DNA from: Pseudomonadota bacterium
Lineage (GTDB): Bacteria; Pseudomonadota; Alphaproteobacteria; Rhizobiales; Xanthobacteraceae
Assembly (NCBI GenBank): GCA_049323835.1
Contig: JBMOOJ010000104.1
Span: forward strand, 9,692-73,691
Reading direction: 5' to 3'
Length of the DNA: 64,000 nt
In this document: positions 9,798 through 20,554 of the stretch, piece after piece
How the letters are laid out: every line of letters begins with the position of its first letter
How positions within the stretch are numbered: position 1 is the stretch's first letter
Notes under the pieces: generated by a model
The model's database searches: none
What the model was told of the DNA's origin: nothing
Seen by the model: the letters and a program-made list of their open reading frames with translations, nothing else
Made by a program: the position numbers and the translations under genes

Positions 9798-9817
9798 CCT
9801 GCAAACTCAATTGCAGG
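9798..9817. promoter_or_regulatory. Candidate TetR operator (inverted repeat)
   Basis: CCTGCAA-N6-TTGCAGG, about 50 nt upstream of the tetR start at 9747. Confidence 0.3.
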
Positions 9818-9904
9818 TTCCACCGCAAATCTCACTTCTCGCAAAAACCGTCGCCAAAACAGTAGCTTGAACGGAAGCGTCAGTTCCTGCCATCAAACCC
9901 GGGT

Positions 9905-11395
9905 TTAGATTCCGCCCATGCAGAGGTACTTCACCTCGAGATAGTCCTCGATGCCGTACTTCGAGCCCTCGCGGCCGTTGCCGCTCTCCTTGACCCCGCC
10001 GAACGGTGCGATCTCGGTCGAGATCAGGCCCTCGTTGATGCCGACGATGCCGTACTCCAGCGCCTCTGCGACCCGCCAGATGCGACCGATATCGCGGCCA
10101 TAGAAATAGGCGGCAAGACCGAACTCGGTGTCGTTGGCGAGACGGATCGCATCCTCCTCGGTCTTGAAGCGGAACACGGGAGCAACCGGACCGAACGTCT
10201 CCTCGCGGAAGATCAGCATGTCCGGCTTCGCGTCGGCGAGCACGGTCGGCAGATAAAATCTGCCGCCGAGCGCAGGCTGCTTGCCGCCGGTGACAACGCG
10301 CGCGCCCTTCGAAACGGCATCGGTGACATGCTCCTGCACCTTGTCGACCGCGTCCTTGTTGATCAGCGGGCCGATGGCGACGCCCTGCTCGAAGCCGTCG
10401 CCGACCTTCATCGCGTTCACGGCCTCTGTCAGCTTCGCGACGAAGGCGTCGTAGATCTTGTCCTGCGCGAACAGGCGATTGGCGCAGACGCAGGTCTGGC
10501 CAGCGTTGCGGTACTTCGAAGCGATCGCGCCCTTCACCGCCGCGTCGATGTCGGCGTCGTCAAACACGATGAACGGCGCGTTGCCGCCGAGCTCCATCGA
10601 TGTGCGTTTCACAGTCGCGGCGCTCTGCGCCATCAGCTTCTTGCCGATTTCGGTCGAGCCGGTGAACGTCACCTTGCGCACGATCGGGTTCGACGTCATC
10701 TCGCCGCCGATCGCCGTTGCCGATCCGGTGACGACACTGAACACGCCCTTCGGAACACCCGCGCGCTCCGCGAGGATGCCGAGCGCCAGCGCCGACAGCG
10801 GCGTCTGGCTCGCCGGCTTCACCACCATGGTGCAGCCGGCGGCGAGCGCCGGACCCGCCTTGCGGGTGATCATCGCAGCCGGGAAATTCCAGGGCGTGAT
10901 CGCAGCGCAGACGCCGATCGGCTGCTTGATGACGACGATGCGCTTGTCGCTGCCGTGCGGAGGGATGGTGTCGCCATAGATACGGCGCGCTTCCTCGCTG
11001 AACCACTCGATGAAGTTCGCGGCGTAGGCGATCTCGCCGCGGCTTTCGGTCATCGGCTTGCCCTGCTCCGCCGTCATGATGGTGGCGAGGTCTTCCTGAT
11101 TGGCCATCATCAGATCGTACCACTTGCGCAGGATGTTCGAGCGCTCCTTGGCGGTCTTCGCACGCCACGCGGGCCACGCCGCATTCGCGGCCTCGATCGC
11201 GCGCCGCGTTTCGTTCGCGCCCATGTTCGGCACCGTGCCGATGATGGCGCCGGTTGAGGGATTATCCACGGCGATGGTCTTGCCGTCGTCCGCGGCGACC
11301 CACGCGCCGTCGATCAGACATGCATCGCGCAGCAACGAGGGGTCCTTCAAGTTGAGCGAAGCCGGCGCATCCTTGAGCTTGAGATTCGTTGCCAT
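9905..11395 (-). CDS. gabD: NAD(P)-dependent succinate-semialdehyde dehydrogenase
   Basis: Aldehyde dehydrogenase motifs (ITPWNFP, ELGGNAP, catalytic-Cys context GQTCVCANR) with overall GabD-like sequence. Start at ATG 11395 (MATNLKL..). Confidence 0.85.
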   Translation of the reverse strand: MATNLKLKDAPASLNLKDPSLLRDACLIDGAWVAADDGKTIAVDNPSTGAIIGTVPNMGANETRRAIEAANAAWPAWRAKTAKERSNILRKWYDLMMANQEDLATIMTAEQGKPMTESRGEIAYAANFIEWFSEEARRIYGDTIPPHGSDKRIVVIKQPIGVCAAITPWNFPAAMITRKAGPALAAGCTMVVKPASQTPLSALALGILAERAGVPKGVFSVVTGSATAIGGEMTSNPIVRKVTFTGSTEIGKKLMAQSAATVKRTSMELGGNAPFIVFDDADIDAAVKGAIASKYRNAGQTCVCANRLFAQDKIYDAFVAKLTEAVNAMKVGDGFEQGVAIGPLINKDAVDKVQEHVTDAVSKGARVVTGGKQPALGGRFYLPTVLADAKPDMLIFREETFGPVAPVFRFKTEEDAIRLANDTEFGLAAYFYGRDIGRIWRVAEALEYGIVGINEGLISTEIAPFGGVKESGNGREGSKYGIEDYLEVKYLCMGGI

Positions 11396-11821
11396 GTCTT
11401 TCTCCTGTTCTCCGGTCGCCGTTTTCGGCGTGCCCGGCATTCCGTTTCGCCATTGATCCTGATCGGGATTGCGGCGCAGCTTAACCGCCCGAAGACGCAG
11501 GTCTATGAAAATCGGCGGCCTTTCCGGTTACCTCCCGGTAACGTCCGGCCGTCTCATTTCAGTAGTTTTATTAGATAATTTTCAAAGATAATCAAGATCC
11601 GCGACAGCGAACGGGCCTCCGGCCGCAGGCGTCCATTTATCTTTTGACGACCGCCGCTTCGGTATCACCGGCTACCGGATTGCGCCCTTCTTGGCCCGGC
11701 AGCGGCGACTCGTCGAAGAAACGCAGCACCATCGGCGCATGCGACACCGTGCCCCCGGCCTGCACATTCAGTTTTCACATTTCTGGGTATCGCCGCGATG
11801 GCATCGGTAATACGCGATCCG

Positions 11822-13387
11822 TTACGTCCCGTGCGCCAGCGTACCTGACCGGCGCGGCGGCTGCGGCGCGAGATCGATCGCGAACAGGTTGCGGTCCTCG
11901 ACGTCCTTCAGCGTCACGGTCATGATGCCGCTGCGGCCGTCGATCTCGACGAGCCCGAAGAACTGAAGTCCGAAACAGGGTGCGAGATTTTCACCCTGCT
12001 CCGGCGAGCAGCCTTTCTGATAGCGCACGCTCGGCCCGAAGGTGTTGTCGAGCGGCGCCGGCATCCACGTGCCGGCATGCAGCGGCCCGGAAACGAATTC
12101 CCAGAACGGTTCGAAGTCCTGGAATACGGCCTTGTTCGGATCGTAGTAGTGCGCTGCCGTATAGTGCATGTCGGCCGTCAGCCAGACGAGATTGGTGAGA
12201 CCCGAACGCTTGATGAAGGACAGAAGGTTCGCGACCTCGTGCTCGCGTCCTTCCGGCGGACCATCACTCGACGCCACGCCATCGGGCGTCACAAGACCGA
12301 TCGGCAGATCGGCTGCGATGACTTTCCAGGTCGCCTGCGAGCGCGCCAGCTCCCATTTCAGCCACGCGAGTTGCTTCGCACCGAGCAGCGGCGCGCGCTG
12401 GTCGTGCGGCGCGGCCTCGTTCGACTCGCGATAGCTGCGCATGTCGAGCATGAACACGTCGAGCAGCGGACCGTAGGCGATCTTGCGATAAACCCGACCT
12501 GCTTCGGCCAGCGTCTGCCTCGTCGGCATGTATTCGTGGAAAGCGCGCGACGCCCGTGCCGCGAGCGCAAGTGCACTCTGCTCGACATAACCAGGCTCGT
12601 CAATCGTGCGCGCCGGCCACCAGTCATTGGCGACCTCGTGATCATCCCACTGCGCGAGGATCGGCACCTCGGCATTGAACGCGCGCACGTTCGCATCGAT
12701 CAGGTTGTAGCGATAGTTGCCGCGGAACTGCGCCAGCGTCTCCGCGACCTGCGACTTCTCTTCCGTCACGACGTTGCGCCAGATCTCGCCGTCCGGAAGT
12801 TTCAGTTCGCGCAGAATCGGGCTGTCGGCATAGATGCAGTCGCCCGAGTGGATGAAGAAGTCCGGACGATGCCTGAGCATGGTCGCGTATGTCCGCATGC
12901 CGCCGCGCGTTTCGTCGATGCCCCATCCCTGCCCGGCCGTGTCGCCGGACCAGATGAACGATACGGACCGCCGCGACGTCGGCGCCGAGCGGAAGCGCCC
13001 GACCCGCGCGGGTCCGACGATCGCCGGCGACGACAGGTTCTGCGCGCGCACGCGATAGAAGATGTCCTGATCGCCCGGCAGATCGTCGAGCAGCGCCTTG
13101 CCGGTGAAGTCGCTCTCCGGCAGCGCGTCGACGAATGTGGAGGCAACGATGTCCTTGAAGCTGTCGGTGGTCGCGGCTTCGATCAGCAGGCGCGAGGGCC
13201 GGTCCGCCCGCGCCCAGACCATTGCGGTGTCGCCCGACACGTCGCCCGACTGCAGCCCGAGCGAGAGTCCAGTGCGCTGACTGGCATAGCTGATCGCGGG
13301 CATGGCCAAGCAGGCCGCAGTTGCTGCGGAACCCGCGAGGAACTTTCGCCGAGAGAGCAACCCCGCGCCGCTCGTCCGCCTTCGCAT
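11822..13387 (-). CDS. phoD: Alkaline phosphatase D-family phosphodiesterase/phosphatase with Tat signal
   Basis: Twin-arginine signal (SRRKFLAGSAATAACL) and PhoD-like metallophosphatase motifs (GDCIYAD, WDDHEVANDW). Confidence 0.8.
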   Translation of the reverse strand: MRRRTSGAGLLSRRKFLAGSAATAACLAMPAISYASQRTGLSLGLQSGDVSGDTAMVWARADRPSRLLIEAATTDSFKDIVASTFVDALPESDFTGKALLDDLPGDQDIFYRVRAQNLSSPAIVGPARVGRFRSAPTSRRSVSFIWSGDTAGQGWGIDETRGGMRTYATMLRHRPDFFIHSGDCIYADSPILRELKLPDGEIWRNVVTEEKSQVAETLAQFRGNYRYNLIDANVRAFNAEVPILAQWDDHEVANDWWPARTIDEPGYVEQSALALAARASRAFHEYMPTRQTLAEAGRVYRKIAYGPLLDVFMLDMRSYRESNEAAPHDQRAPLLGAKQLAWLKWELARSQATWKVIAADLPIGLVTPDGVASSDGPPEGREHEVANLLSFIKRSGLTNLVWLTADMHYTAAHYYDPNKAVFQDFEPFWEFVSGPLHAGTWMPAPLDNTFGPSVRYQKGCSPEQGENLAPCFGLQFFGLVEIDGRSGIMTVTLKDVEDRNLFAIDLAPQPPRRSGTLAHGT

Positions 13388-13665
13388 CCCGTGACCTCTG
13401 CCGAATCGCAGCAGGACCGTGCCTGCGCCGTTTGACTCTGGCTCAACGGTTTTGCGACGCGGCGGTGACAACGACGACGTGCGAGTTCCCGATCCACCGA
13501 TGCTCACGCTCGCGTGAAGTCAGCGGGTTTCTAAGCCTATCGTATGAGGCCGAGGGAAAGCCCAAGGCTTGCGTGACTCCGGAGCCGCTGAAATAGTCCG
13601 CACCTTGGCATGCCAGAACGCCAATAAGAAACATGCTCCCCCGAGGGAGCGCTTTGGAGGCTCAA

Positions 13666-14862
13666 ATGCGTCTTGGATTTTTTACCGCCGCCGTTGCGTG
13701 CGCCCTTTCATTGCCAACGATGTCGTCCGCGCAAGGCGCGGTGAAGATCGGCATCCTCAACGATCAGTCCGGCGTCTACGCCGATTACGGCGGCAAGTGG
13801 TCGTTCGAAGCAGCCAAGATGGCGATCGAGGATTTCGGCGGCGAAGTGCTCGGCAAGAAGATCGAAATCGTCACCGCGGACCATCAAAACAAGCCCGATC
13901 TCGCCGTCAGCATCGGCCGCCGCTGGTATGACGTCGAAGGCGTCGACATGATTACCGAGCTGACGACATCGTCGGTCGCACTCGCGATCCACGATCTGTC
14001 GAAGCAGATGAAGAAGATCGACATCGTCGTCGGCGCGGCGACCTCCCGCCTGACCGGCGACGCCTGCCAGCCCTACGGCTTCCACTGGGCCTACGACACC
14101 CATGCACTTGGCGTCGGCACCGGCGGCGCACTCACCGAAGCCGGTGGCGACACCTGGTACTTCCTCACCGCGGACTATGCGTTCGGCCATTCGCTCGAAG
14201 CCGACACCGGCAAGGTTGTCACTGCAAAAGGCGGCAAGGTTCTCGGCGCCGTGCGTCATCCGCTGAACTCGTCGGACTACTCGTCGTTCCTGCTCCAGGC
14301 GCAGAGCTCCAAGGCGAAGATCATCGGCCTCGCCAATGCTGGCCTCGACACCACCAACTCGATCAAGCAGGCCGCCGAATTCGGCATCGTCGCCGGCGGC
14401 CAGAAGCTTGCAGGTCTGCTGCTCACGCTCGCGGAGGTCCACGGCCTCGGCCTCAACGCGGCGCAGGGCCTCGTACTCACCGAAGGTTACTACTGGGACC
14501 TCAACGACAAGAGCCGTGAGTTCGCCGATCGCTTCTTCAAGCGCACCGGCCGCATGCCGAACATGATCCAGGCCGGCACCTACTCGGCGACCTTGCAGTA
14601 CCTGAAGGCTGTGAAGGCCGCCGGCACGAAGGAAACCGAAGCCGTCACCGCCAAACTCAAGGAACTGCCGGTCGACGATGCCTTCGCGCAGGGCGGCAAG
14701 GTGCTGCCGAACGGCCGCATGGTGCACGACATGTACCTGTTCGAAGTGAAGAAGCCGAGCGAGTCGAAGAAGCCGTGGGATTACTACAAGCTTGTCTCGA
14801 CGGTTCCCGGCGACAAGGCGTTCCTGTCGGCCAAGGACAGCGGCTGCCCGGCCACGAAGTGA
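13666..14862 (+). CDS. ABC transporter substrate-binding protein (Liv/branched-chain amino-acid type)
   Basis: Signal peptide, then VKIGILNDQSGVYADYGG, typical of the family. GGAGG SD lies 6 nt upstream of ATG 13666. Confidence 0.85.
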   Translation: MRLGFFTAAVACALSLPTMSSAQGAVKIGILNDQSGVYADYGGKWSFEAAKMAIEDFGGEVLGKKIEIVTADHQNKPDLAVSIGRRWYDVEGVDMITELTTSSVALAIHDLSKQMKKIDIVVGAATSRLTGDACQPYGFHWAYDTHALGVGTGGALTEAGGDTWYFLTADYAFGHSLEADTGKVVTAKGGKVLGAVRHPLNSSDYSSFLLQAQSSKAKIIGLANAGLDTTNSIKQAAEFGIVAGGQKLAGLLLTLAEVHGLGLNAAQGLVLTEGYYWDLNDKSREFADRFFKRTGRMPNMIQAGTYSATLQYLKAVKAAGTKETEAVTAKLKELPVDDAFAQGGKVLPNGRMVHDMYLFEVKKPSESKKPWDYYKLVSTVPGDKAFLSAKDSGCPATK

Positions 14863-14882
14863 GCCGCGCACGACCAAACGAC

Positions 14883-14911
14883 ATCGGCCCGGACTTCGCG
14901 TCCGGGCCGAT
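14883..14911. terminator. Bidirectional stem-loop between convergent genes
   Basis: ATCGGCCCGGAC, loop TTCGC, GTCCGGGCCGAT: a perfect 12-bp stem. Confidence 0.5.
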
Positions 14912-14934
14912 CCGTTATTGAGCAGTGAAACAGA

Positions 14935-15631
<697 letters not shown>

Positions 15632-15642
<11 letters not shown>

Positions 15643-16369
15643 GGTGGCGGTCTCCGAGATAGGCGGAAATCACTTTCTCGTCGCGAACCACGGCGGACGG
15701 CGCGCCTTCCGCGAGCACTTTGCCGAGATGCAGTACGACGGCGCGATCGACCAGCGGCATGACGACTTCCATCACATGCTCGACCATGACGATGGTGATT
15801 CCGGTCCCGCGCACCTTGCGGATCAGTTCGACGCCCGCCTGCGCTTCGGCTGGCGTGAGGCCGGTCAGAACCTCGTCGAGCAGAAGGAGCTTCGGTTCGG
15901 TTGCGAGCGCACGCGCAACCTCAAGCCGGCGCTTCTGCGGCGGCGTCAGTTCGGAGCCCGCCGCATCAGCCATGCGCGCCAGCCCGACATAGTCGAGCAC
16001 GGCCATCGCCTTCTCACGCGCTTGCAGGATTCGCGGATAGCGCACGAATGCGCCGACGGTGACGTTCTCGATCACGGACATCGAATCGAACGAACGCGGA
16101 ACCTGGTAGGTGCGCGCGATGCCCAACGCGCACAGCTGCGCGGCTGGCAATCCGGTAATGTCGCGGCCATCGAACCTGATCGTGCCCGACGATGGCGGAA
16201 ACGCGCCGGCAATCAGGTTGAACAGCGTCGACTTGCCGGCGCCGTTCGGACCGATCAGACCGAGGATTTCGCCGCGTTTGACGATCATGTCGATCTGGTC
16301 GTTGGCGACGAGGCCGCCGAAGCGGCGCGTCACCTTCTCGCAGGTGATGATGGGATCGCCGCCGCTCAT
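15632..16369 (-). CDS. ABC transporter ATP-binding protein (LivG-like)
   Basis: GPNGAGKST and LLLLDEV motifs. ATGA overlap with the permease stop. Confidence 0.85.
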
Positions 16370-17376
16370 GATGCGTCAGCCTTTTTGACCGGCGACCGCT
16401 TGAACAGGCCCATGATGCCTTCCGGCTGGGTCAGCGCCACGACCATGACCAGCGCTCCGTAAATCACGAGGTCGAGGCCCGAGCCGGTGCCACCGAGATA
16501 GGAGCGCGTCAGTTCAGCCATCGGGATGAGGATCAGCGCGCCAACCGCCGGGCCCCACAGCGAACCGACTCCGCCCAGCACAGCCGGCAGCGCCATCAGC
16601 AGCGAGAAGCGGAAATGCATCACACTTTCCGGGTCGATGTAGGAGACGAACGCCGCGTAGAAGCCGCCACCGATCGCCGTGAAGAACGCCGAGATCGCCG
16701 CCGCGCCCATCTTCGAATGAAACACGGTGACGCCGAGACTCTCCGCGGCTTCGGGATCGTCCTTCACCGCACGCCACCAGTAACCCCAGCGCGACTCGAT
16801 GATCGCGTAGGTCACGAGCCAGGTCAGCGCGAACAGGCCGAGCACGAAGTAGAAGTACGGCACCTTGTTGCGCGCAAACTGAAGCGTCCACCAGCTGTCA
16901 GGATTGAACGGCCACTGGATGCCGAGCGCCGCTCCGCCGTAATCCCAGTTGTGGACCAGCAGCAGGCCGATTTCCGCGATGACGATGGTCGCGATCGAGA
17001 AATAATGCCCCTTCAGCCGGAAGCAGGGATAGCCGAGCGCCAGCGCCACCAGCGCCGAGAGAATTCCGCCGGCGAGCATGCCGCTCCAGGCGACGATGCC
17101 GAAATTCACGAACAGGATGCTGGTGGCGTAGGCGCCGATACCGAAATAGAGCGCATGCCCCAGCGACACCTGTCCGCAGTAGCCGCCGAGAATGTTCCAG
17201 CTCTGCGAGAGCGCCGCGAACAGCAGCGTCAAAATGAGAACGTTCATTGTATAGACATCGGAGATCGCACGCGGGATCAGCGCGATCAGCGCAAACACAG
17301 CGAGTGCGATCAGAAGCTGCCGCCGTCGGCCGGCGGTGAACGAGGCATTGGGGACCGTGGCCGCGATATCGCTCAT
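16366..17376 (-). CDS. Branched-chain amino-acid ABC permease (LivM-like)
   Basis: The 500-aa track ORF is trimmed to ATG 17376 (MSDIAATVPN..), which overlaps the LivH-like stop by ATGA. Polytopic membrane protein. Confidence 0.85.
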   Translation of the reverse strand: MSDIAATVPNASFTAGRRRQLLIALAVFALIALIPRAISDVYTMNVLILTLLFAALSQSWNILGGYCGQVSLGHALYFGIGAYATSILFVNFGIVAWSGMLAGGILSALVALALGYPCFRLKGHYFSIATIVIAEIGLLLVHNWDYGGAALGIQWPFNPDSWWTLQFARNKVPYFYFVLGLFALTWLVTYAIIESRWGYWWRAVKDDPEAAESLGVTVFHSKMGAAAISAFFTAIGGGFYAAFVSYIDPESVMHFRFSLLMALPAVLGGVGSLWGPAVGALILIPMAELTRSYLGGTGSGLDLVIYGALVMVVALTQPEGIMGLFKRSPVKKADAS

Positions 17377-18254
17377 CACAGCCTCCCGAACAGGCCGCTC
17401 GGCCTGACAAAGAGAACGGCGAGATAGAGCGCATAGACGCCGACGGACTTGAGCGCGGGTGGCAGGATCAGCGCCGTCAACGCCTCGATGATGCCGACGA
17501 TCAGTCCCGCTACCAGCGCGCCGAAGATGCTCCCGAAACCGCCGAGCGCCACGGTGACGTAAGCGATCAGCGCGAACGGCCCGCCGACCTGCGGATAGAT
17601 GTAGTAGAAGACGGCAAGCACCGCACCGGACAATCCCACAAGCGCCGCGCCAAGTCCCCAGCCGAGCGCGAAGACGCGATTGCGGTCGATGCCGACCAGC
17701 GCCACCGCGCCTTGATCTTCTCGTGTGGCTTCCAGCGCCTTGCCGAAGTCGGTTCGCGTGATCAGCAGGTAGAGCCCGCCGAAGGCAAGCAGCGAGATGA
17801 CGCCGCCGTAGATCTGCGGCCACGGCAGAAACACGCCACCGATATTGAGCGTCTTCCCGCCGAGCCACGAGTTGCCGAGATTGCGGTAATCCGGCGTGAA
17901 GAAGTACTGCGCCAGTCCCTGAATCACGAGCGCAAGGCCGAAGGTCGCGAAAATCTGCACCATGCCCGGATTGGCCTTGGCCCGCATCGCAAAACGGATC
18001 ACGCCGGCATACGCCGATACGCCGACCACGAACATCACGCCGACGACGATCGGCATCAGCAGCACGGGATCAAGCGCGCTGATGACCACGAGCCCGAACA
18101 TGGCGTACATGGCCAGCATGAGGAACTCGCCGTGCGCGAAGTTCACCACGTCCATCAAGCCGAAAATCAGCGACAGGCCGACAGCGATCAGGGCATAGAT
18201 CAACCCGATCAGCAGCCCGCTCGCCAGCACCTGTAAAAATGCCTGAACAGTCAT
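17376..18254 (-). CDS. Branched-chain amino-acid ABC permease (LivH-like)
   Basis: MTVQAFLQVLASGLLIGLIYALIAVGLSLIFG.. is a typical LivH N-terminus. Confidence 0.85.
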   Translation of the reverse strand: MTVQAFLQVLASGLLIGLIYALIAVGLSLIFGLMDVVNFAHGEFLMLAMYAMFGLVVISALDPVLLMPIVVGVMFVVGVSAYAGVIRFAMRAKANPGMVQIFATFGLALVIQGLAQYFFTPDYRNLGNSWLGGKTLNIGGVFLPWPQIYGGVISLLAFGGLYLLITRTDFGKALEATREDQGAVALVGIDRNRVFALGWGLGAALVGLSGAVLAVFYYIYPQVGGPFALIAYVTVALGGFGSIFGALVAGLIVGIIEALTALILPPALKSVGVYALYLAVLFVRPSGLFGRL

Positions 18255-18321
18255 CGTCCCCCGCCCCGCGCAAACGCCGAGGGCGCTAGTCAACAATGAC
18301 TAACGCCCTCGCATGATCGGA

Positions 18322-19578
18322 TCAGCCGTTCATCGGCCATTTGGCCTGCGCAACGGCGACGTTCTCCGGGAAGATCGTGATGAACTTGCCGCCGATGTAC
18401 TGGATCAGCACCGGATCGGCGTCGGCATTCTGGCCGTCGGCGCCGAACTTGATCCGTTTCCACGGCATGATGGTCTTGTCGCCGGGGGTGTCGGTCGCCG
18501 CGAGCGCGGCGCGGATTTTCTCGCCATCGGTCGATTTCGCGCGGTCGATCGCATCCGCGAGGATGAGGATCGAAGTGAACTGGCGCGAGGTGTTGTCGTT
18601 CAGGTCGCGATTGGCGCGCTTCTTGAAGAGCTCGTTGACCTTCGCGATCGATGGCCGCTTCGCCGCCATATCGATCGAGAAGCTGGCGCGCGAGATCAGT
18701 CCGGTCAGCTTGTCGCCCACCGCATCGAACGTCGCCTTGTCGGCGAAACCGGCCGCCTGCGCGACCAGGTTCTTCGGCTTGTAGCCGAGTTCTTCCATCG
18801 TCTTGATCAGCAAGATCGAGTCGGTGGTGTAGCCCGACGGCAGCAGCACATCCGGATTGGCGCTCTTGAGCTGCTGCACTTCGGATGTCAGCGACGGCGA
18901 GTTCGAGCGGTACTTGATGTCGGCCACGACCTTGTAGCCGCGGTCGGTCGCAAGCTTGCGCTGAACGTTCGAGGAATCGGTACCGAAGATCGTGTCTTCG
19001 TAGAACAAGGCCACGCTTTCGATCTTCTTGCCGGCCTTTTTCTGCGCGTCGAGGAAGTCGAACATGCCCGCCGAAAACATCTCGTCGTGCGCGGCGGCAC
19101 GGAAGAAGAACTTCAGATTGCGGCGATGCAGGCTCGGCGACGATGAGTCGGCAGCAAGATACGGGATACCATAGCGTTCGCACGACGCGCTGACCGTCGC
19201 CGACACCGACGAATGGAATGCGCCGACGATGGCGACGACCTTGTCCTGCGTGATGAGGCGCTCGGCTTCTGCGCGGCCCTTCTGCGGATCGCCCTGATGG
19301 TCGGCGAAGATCAGCTTGATCTTGGCGTTGCCGAGGCCGGCAAGACCAGCATTCTTCGCGGTCGGCAGATCGATATCGAACGAGCCGTTGACGATCTCAG
19401 CCGCCGTTTCAAGCGCATGCTTGGCGTCGACACCGATCTGCGCACTCGGACCGGACAGCGGCCAGATCACACCGATCGCAACTTCGCCACCGCCTTGCGC
19501 AAACGCTCTTGCTCCCACCAGCGGCGAGCTTGCCAACGACAAGGCCGCACCGGCCAACAACACTTCACGACGATTCAT
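18322..19578 (-). CDS. ABC transporter substrate-binding protein (Liv type) with Tat-like signal
   Basis: MNRREVLLAGAALSLA.. ATG 19578 is preferred over the track GTG 19587 because AAGGAG lies about 7 nt upstream. Confidence 0.85.
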   Translation of the reverse strand: MNRREVLLAGAALSLASSPLVGARAFAQGGGEVAIGVIWPLSGPSAQIGVDAKHALETAAEIVNGSFDIDLPTAKNAGLAGLGNAKIKLIFADHQGDPQKGRAEAERLITQDKVVAIVGAFHSSVSATVSASCERYGIPYLAADSSSPSLHRRNLKFFFRAAAHDEMFSAGMFDFLDAQKKAGKKIESVALFYEDTIFGTDSSNVQRKLATDRGYKVVADIKYRSNSPSLTSEVQQLKSANPDVLLPSGYTTDSILLIKTMEELGYKPKNLVAQAAGFADKATFDAVGDKLTGLISRASFSIDMAAKRPSIAKVNELFKKRANRDLNDNTSRQFTSILILADAIDRAKSTDGEKIRAALAATDTPGDKTIMPWKRIKFGADGQNADADPVLIQYIGGKFITIFPENVAVAQAKWPMNG

Positions 19579-19631
19579 TGACGTCACTCCTTATGTTTAT
19601 CGGCGCCGGTTTGTGCGGCTTTTTGCATGGA

Positions 19632-20453
19632 TTATTGAATCGAGAACTCCGAGTTGCGCAAATCGGTCACCAGCATGTGGCCCGGCGCGTGCGTGATCGC
19701 AAAGTCGGGACGGGATTCAAGGATGATCGACTGCGGTGTCACTCCGCAGGCCCAAAATACCGGGACTTCGTCCGGAGCGATAGTTACGGAATCGCCATAG
19801 TCAGGCTTGGCGATATCGGCGATGCCGATCTGCTGCGGATTGCCGAAATGCACCGGCGCACCGTGCACTGCGGGAAAGCGCGTGGTGATCTGGATGGCGC
19901 GGATCGCATCGGCAGGACGGAACGGCCGCATCGACACGACGAGCCGCCCTGCGAAAGGCCCCGCCGGCTCGCACGGCACCGACGTCCGATACATCGGCAC
20001 GTTGCGGTTCTCGTCGATATGCCGGATCGACAGCCCGTCCGCGATCAGCGCCTCCTCGAAGGAGAACGAGCAGCCGAGCACGAAAGCGACGAGGTCGCTG
20101 CGCCAATGCGCCATGATGTCGGTCGGCTCATCGGCCAGTTCGCCGTTCCGCCACACACGGTAACGCGGCACGTCGGTGCGAATGTCGAGGTCGAGACCGA
20201 GCGCAGGAATCCGCGGATCGCCGGCCTCGGACATGCCGATGATCGGGCACGGCTTGGGATTGAGCTGACAGAAGCGATGGAACGCGCCCGCGAGTTTCTC
20301 GGGCAGGATCGCGAGGTTGCCCTGAACGAATCCCGGCGCGATGCCCGCGGTCGATGTTCCGACATGCCCGGAGCGATAGGCGAGCCGCGCCTGAGCGCTT
20401 GGCAGCGGCGCAGCCGCATCGCGTTGAAACGATTTCGCTGACAAGCCCATCAT
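19632..20453 (-). CDS. Putative hydro-lyase, DUF1445/UPF0317 family (D-glutamate cyclase-like)
   Basis: Family-typical stretches: [15 protein letters not shown].., [10 protein letters not shown].., VPMYRT.., [11 protein letters not shown]. The start is uncertain (20453 or 20468). Confidence 0.7.
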   Translation of the reverse strand: MMGLSAKSFQRDAAAPLPSAQARLAYRSGHVGTSTAGIAPGFVQGNLAILPEKLAGAFHRFCQLNPKPCPIIGMSEAGDPRIPALGLDLDIRTDVPRYRVWRNGELADEPTDIMAHWRSDLVAFVLGCSFSFEEALIADGLSIRHIDENRNVPMYRTSVPCEPAGPFAGRLVVSMRPFRPADAIRAIQITTRFPAVHGAPVHFGNPQQIGIADIAKPDYGDSVTIAPDEVPVFWACGVTPQSIILESRPDFAITHAPGHMLVTDLRNSEFSIQ

Positions 20454-20530
20454 CGCGCCGCCCTTCATTCCCCTCGACAAGGATTGGATCACGCCGCTAC
20501 GATAATGTCGAGTAGAGATTTTTGATCCAG

Positions 20531-20553
20531 ATCGATAAATATTCATAATCGAC
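20531..20553. promoter_or_regulatory. LysR-type T-N11-A box in an AT-rich divergent promoter
   Basis: ATCGAT-AAATATTCATA-ATCGAC. TCGAT (20532-20536) and ATCGA (20548-20552) are inverted repeats 11 nt apart, lying between the divergent lysR and hydro-lyase genes. Confidence 0.35.
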
Positions 20554-20554
20554 G

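Noticed and set aside
11637-11768. Short minus-strand reading frame (..VQAGGTVSHAPMVLRFFDESPLPGQEGRNPVAGDTEAAVVKR*), possibly the remnant of a decayed gene
   Set aside because: It has only about 42 codons after an in-frame stop, no SD, and no family I can recognise. That is insufficient to call a pseudogene without a database search (TBLASTN/BLASTX would decide).
16366-17868. Long 5' extensions of track ORFs (also 21463-22530, 30084-31925, 35990-36385, 41146-42312, 41928-43136, 42986-43516)
   Set aside because: The extensions overlap well-supported upstream genes in another frame and are Arg/Gly-rich. Internal ATGs with SD sequences or ATGA stop-start coupling give proteins of family-typical length.
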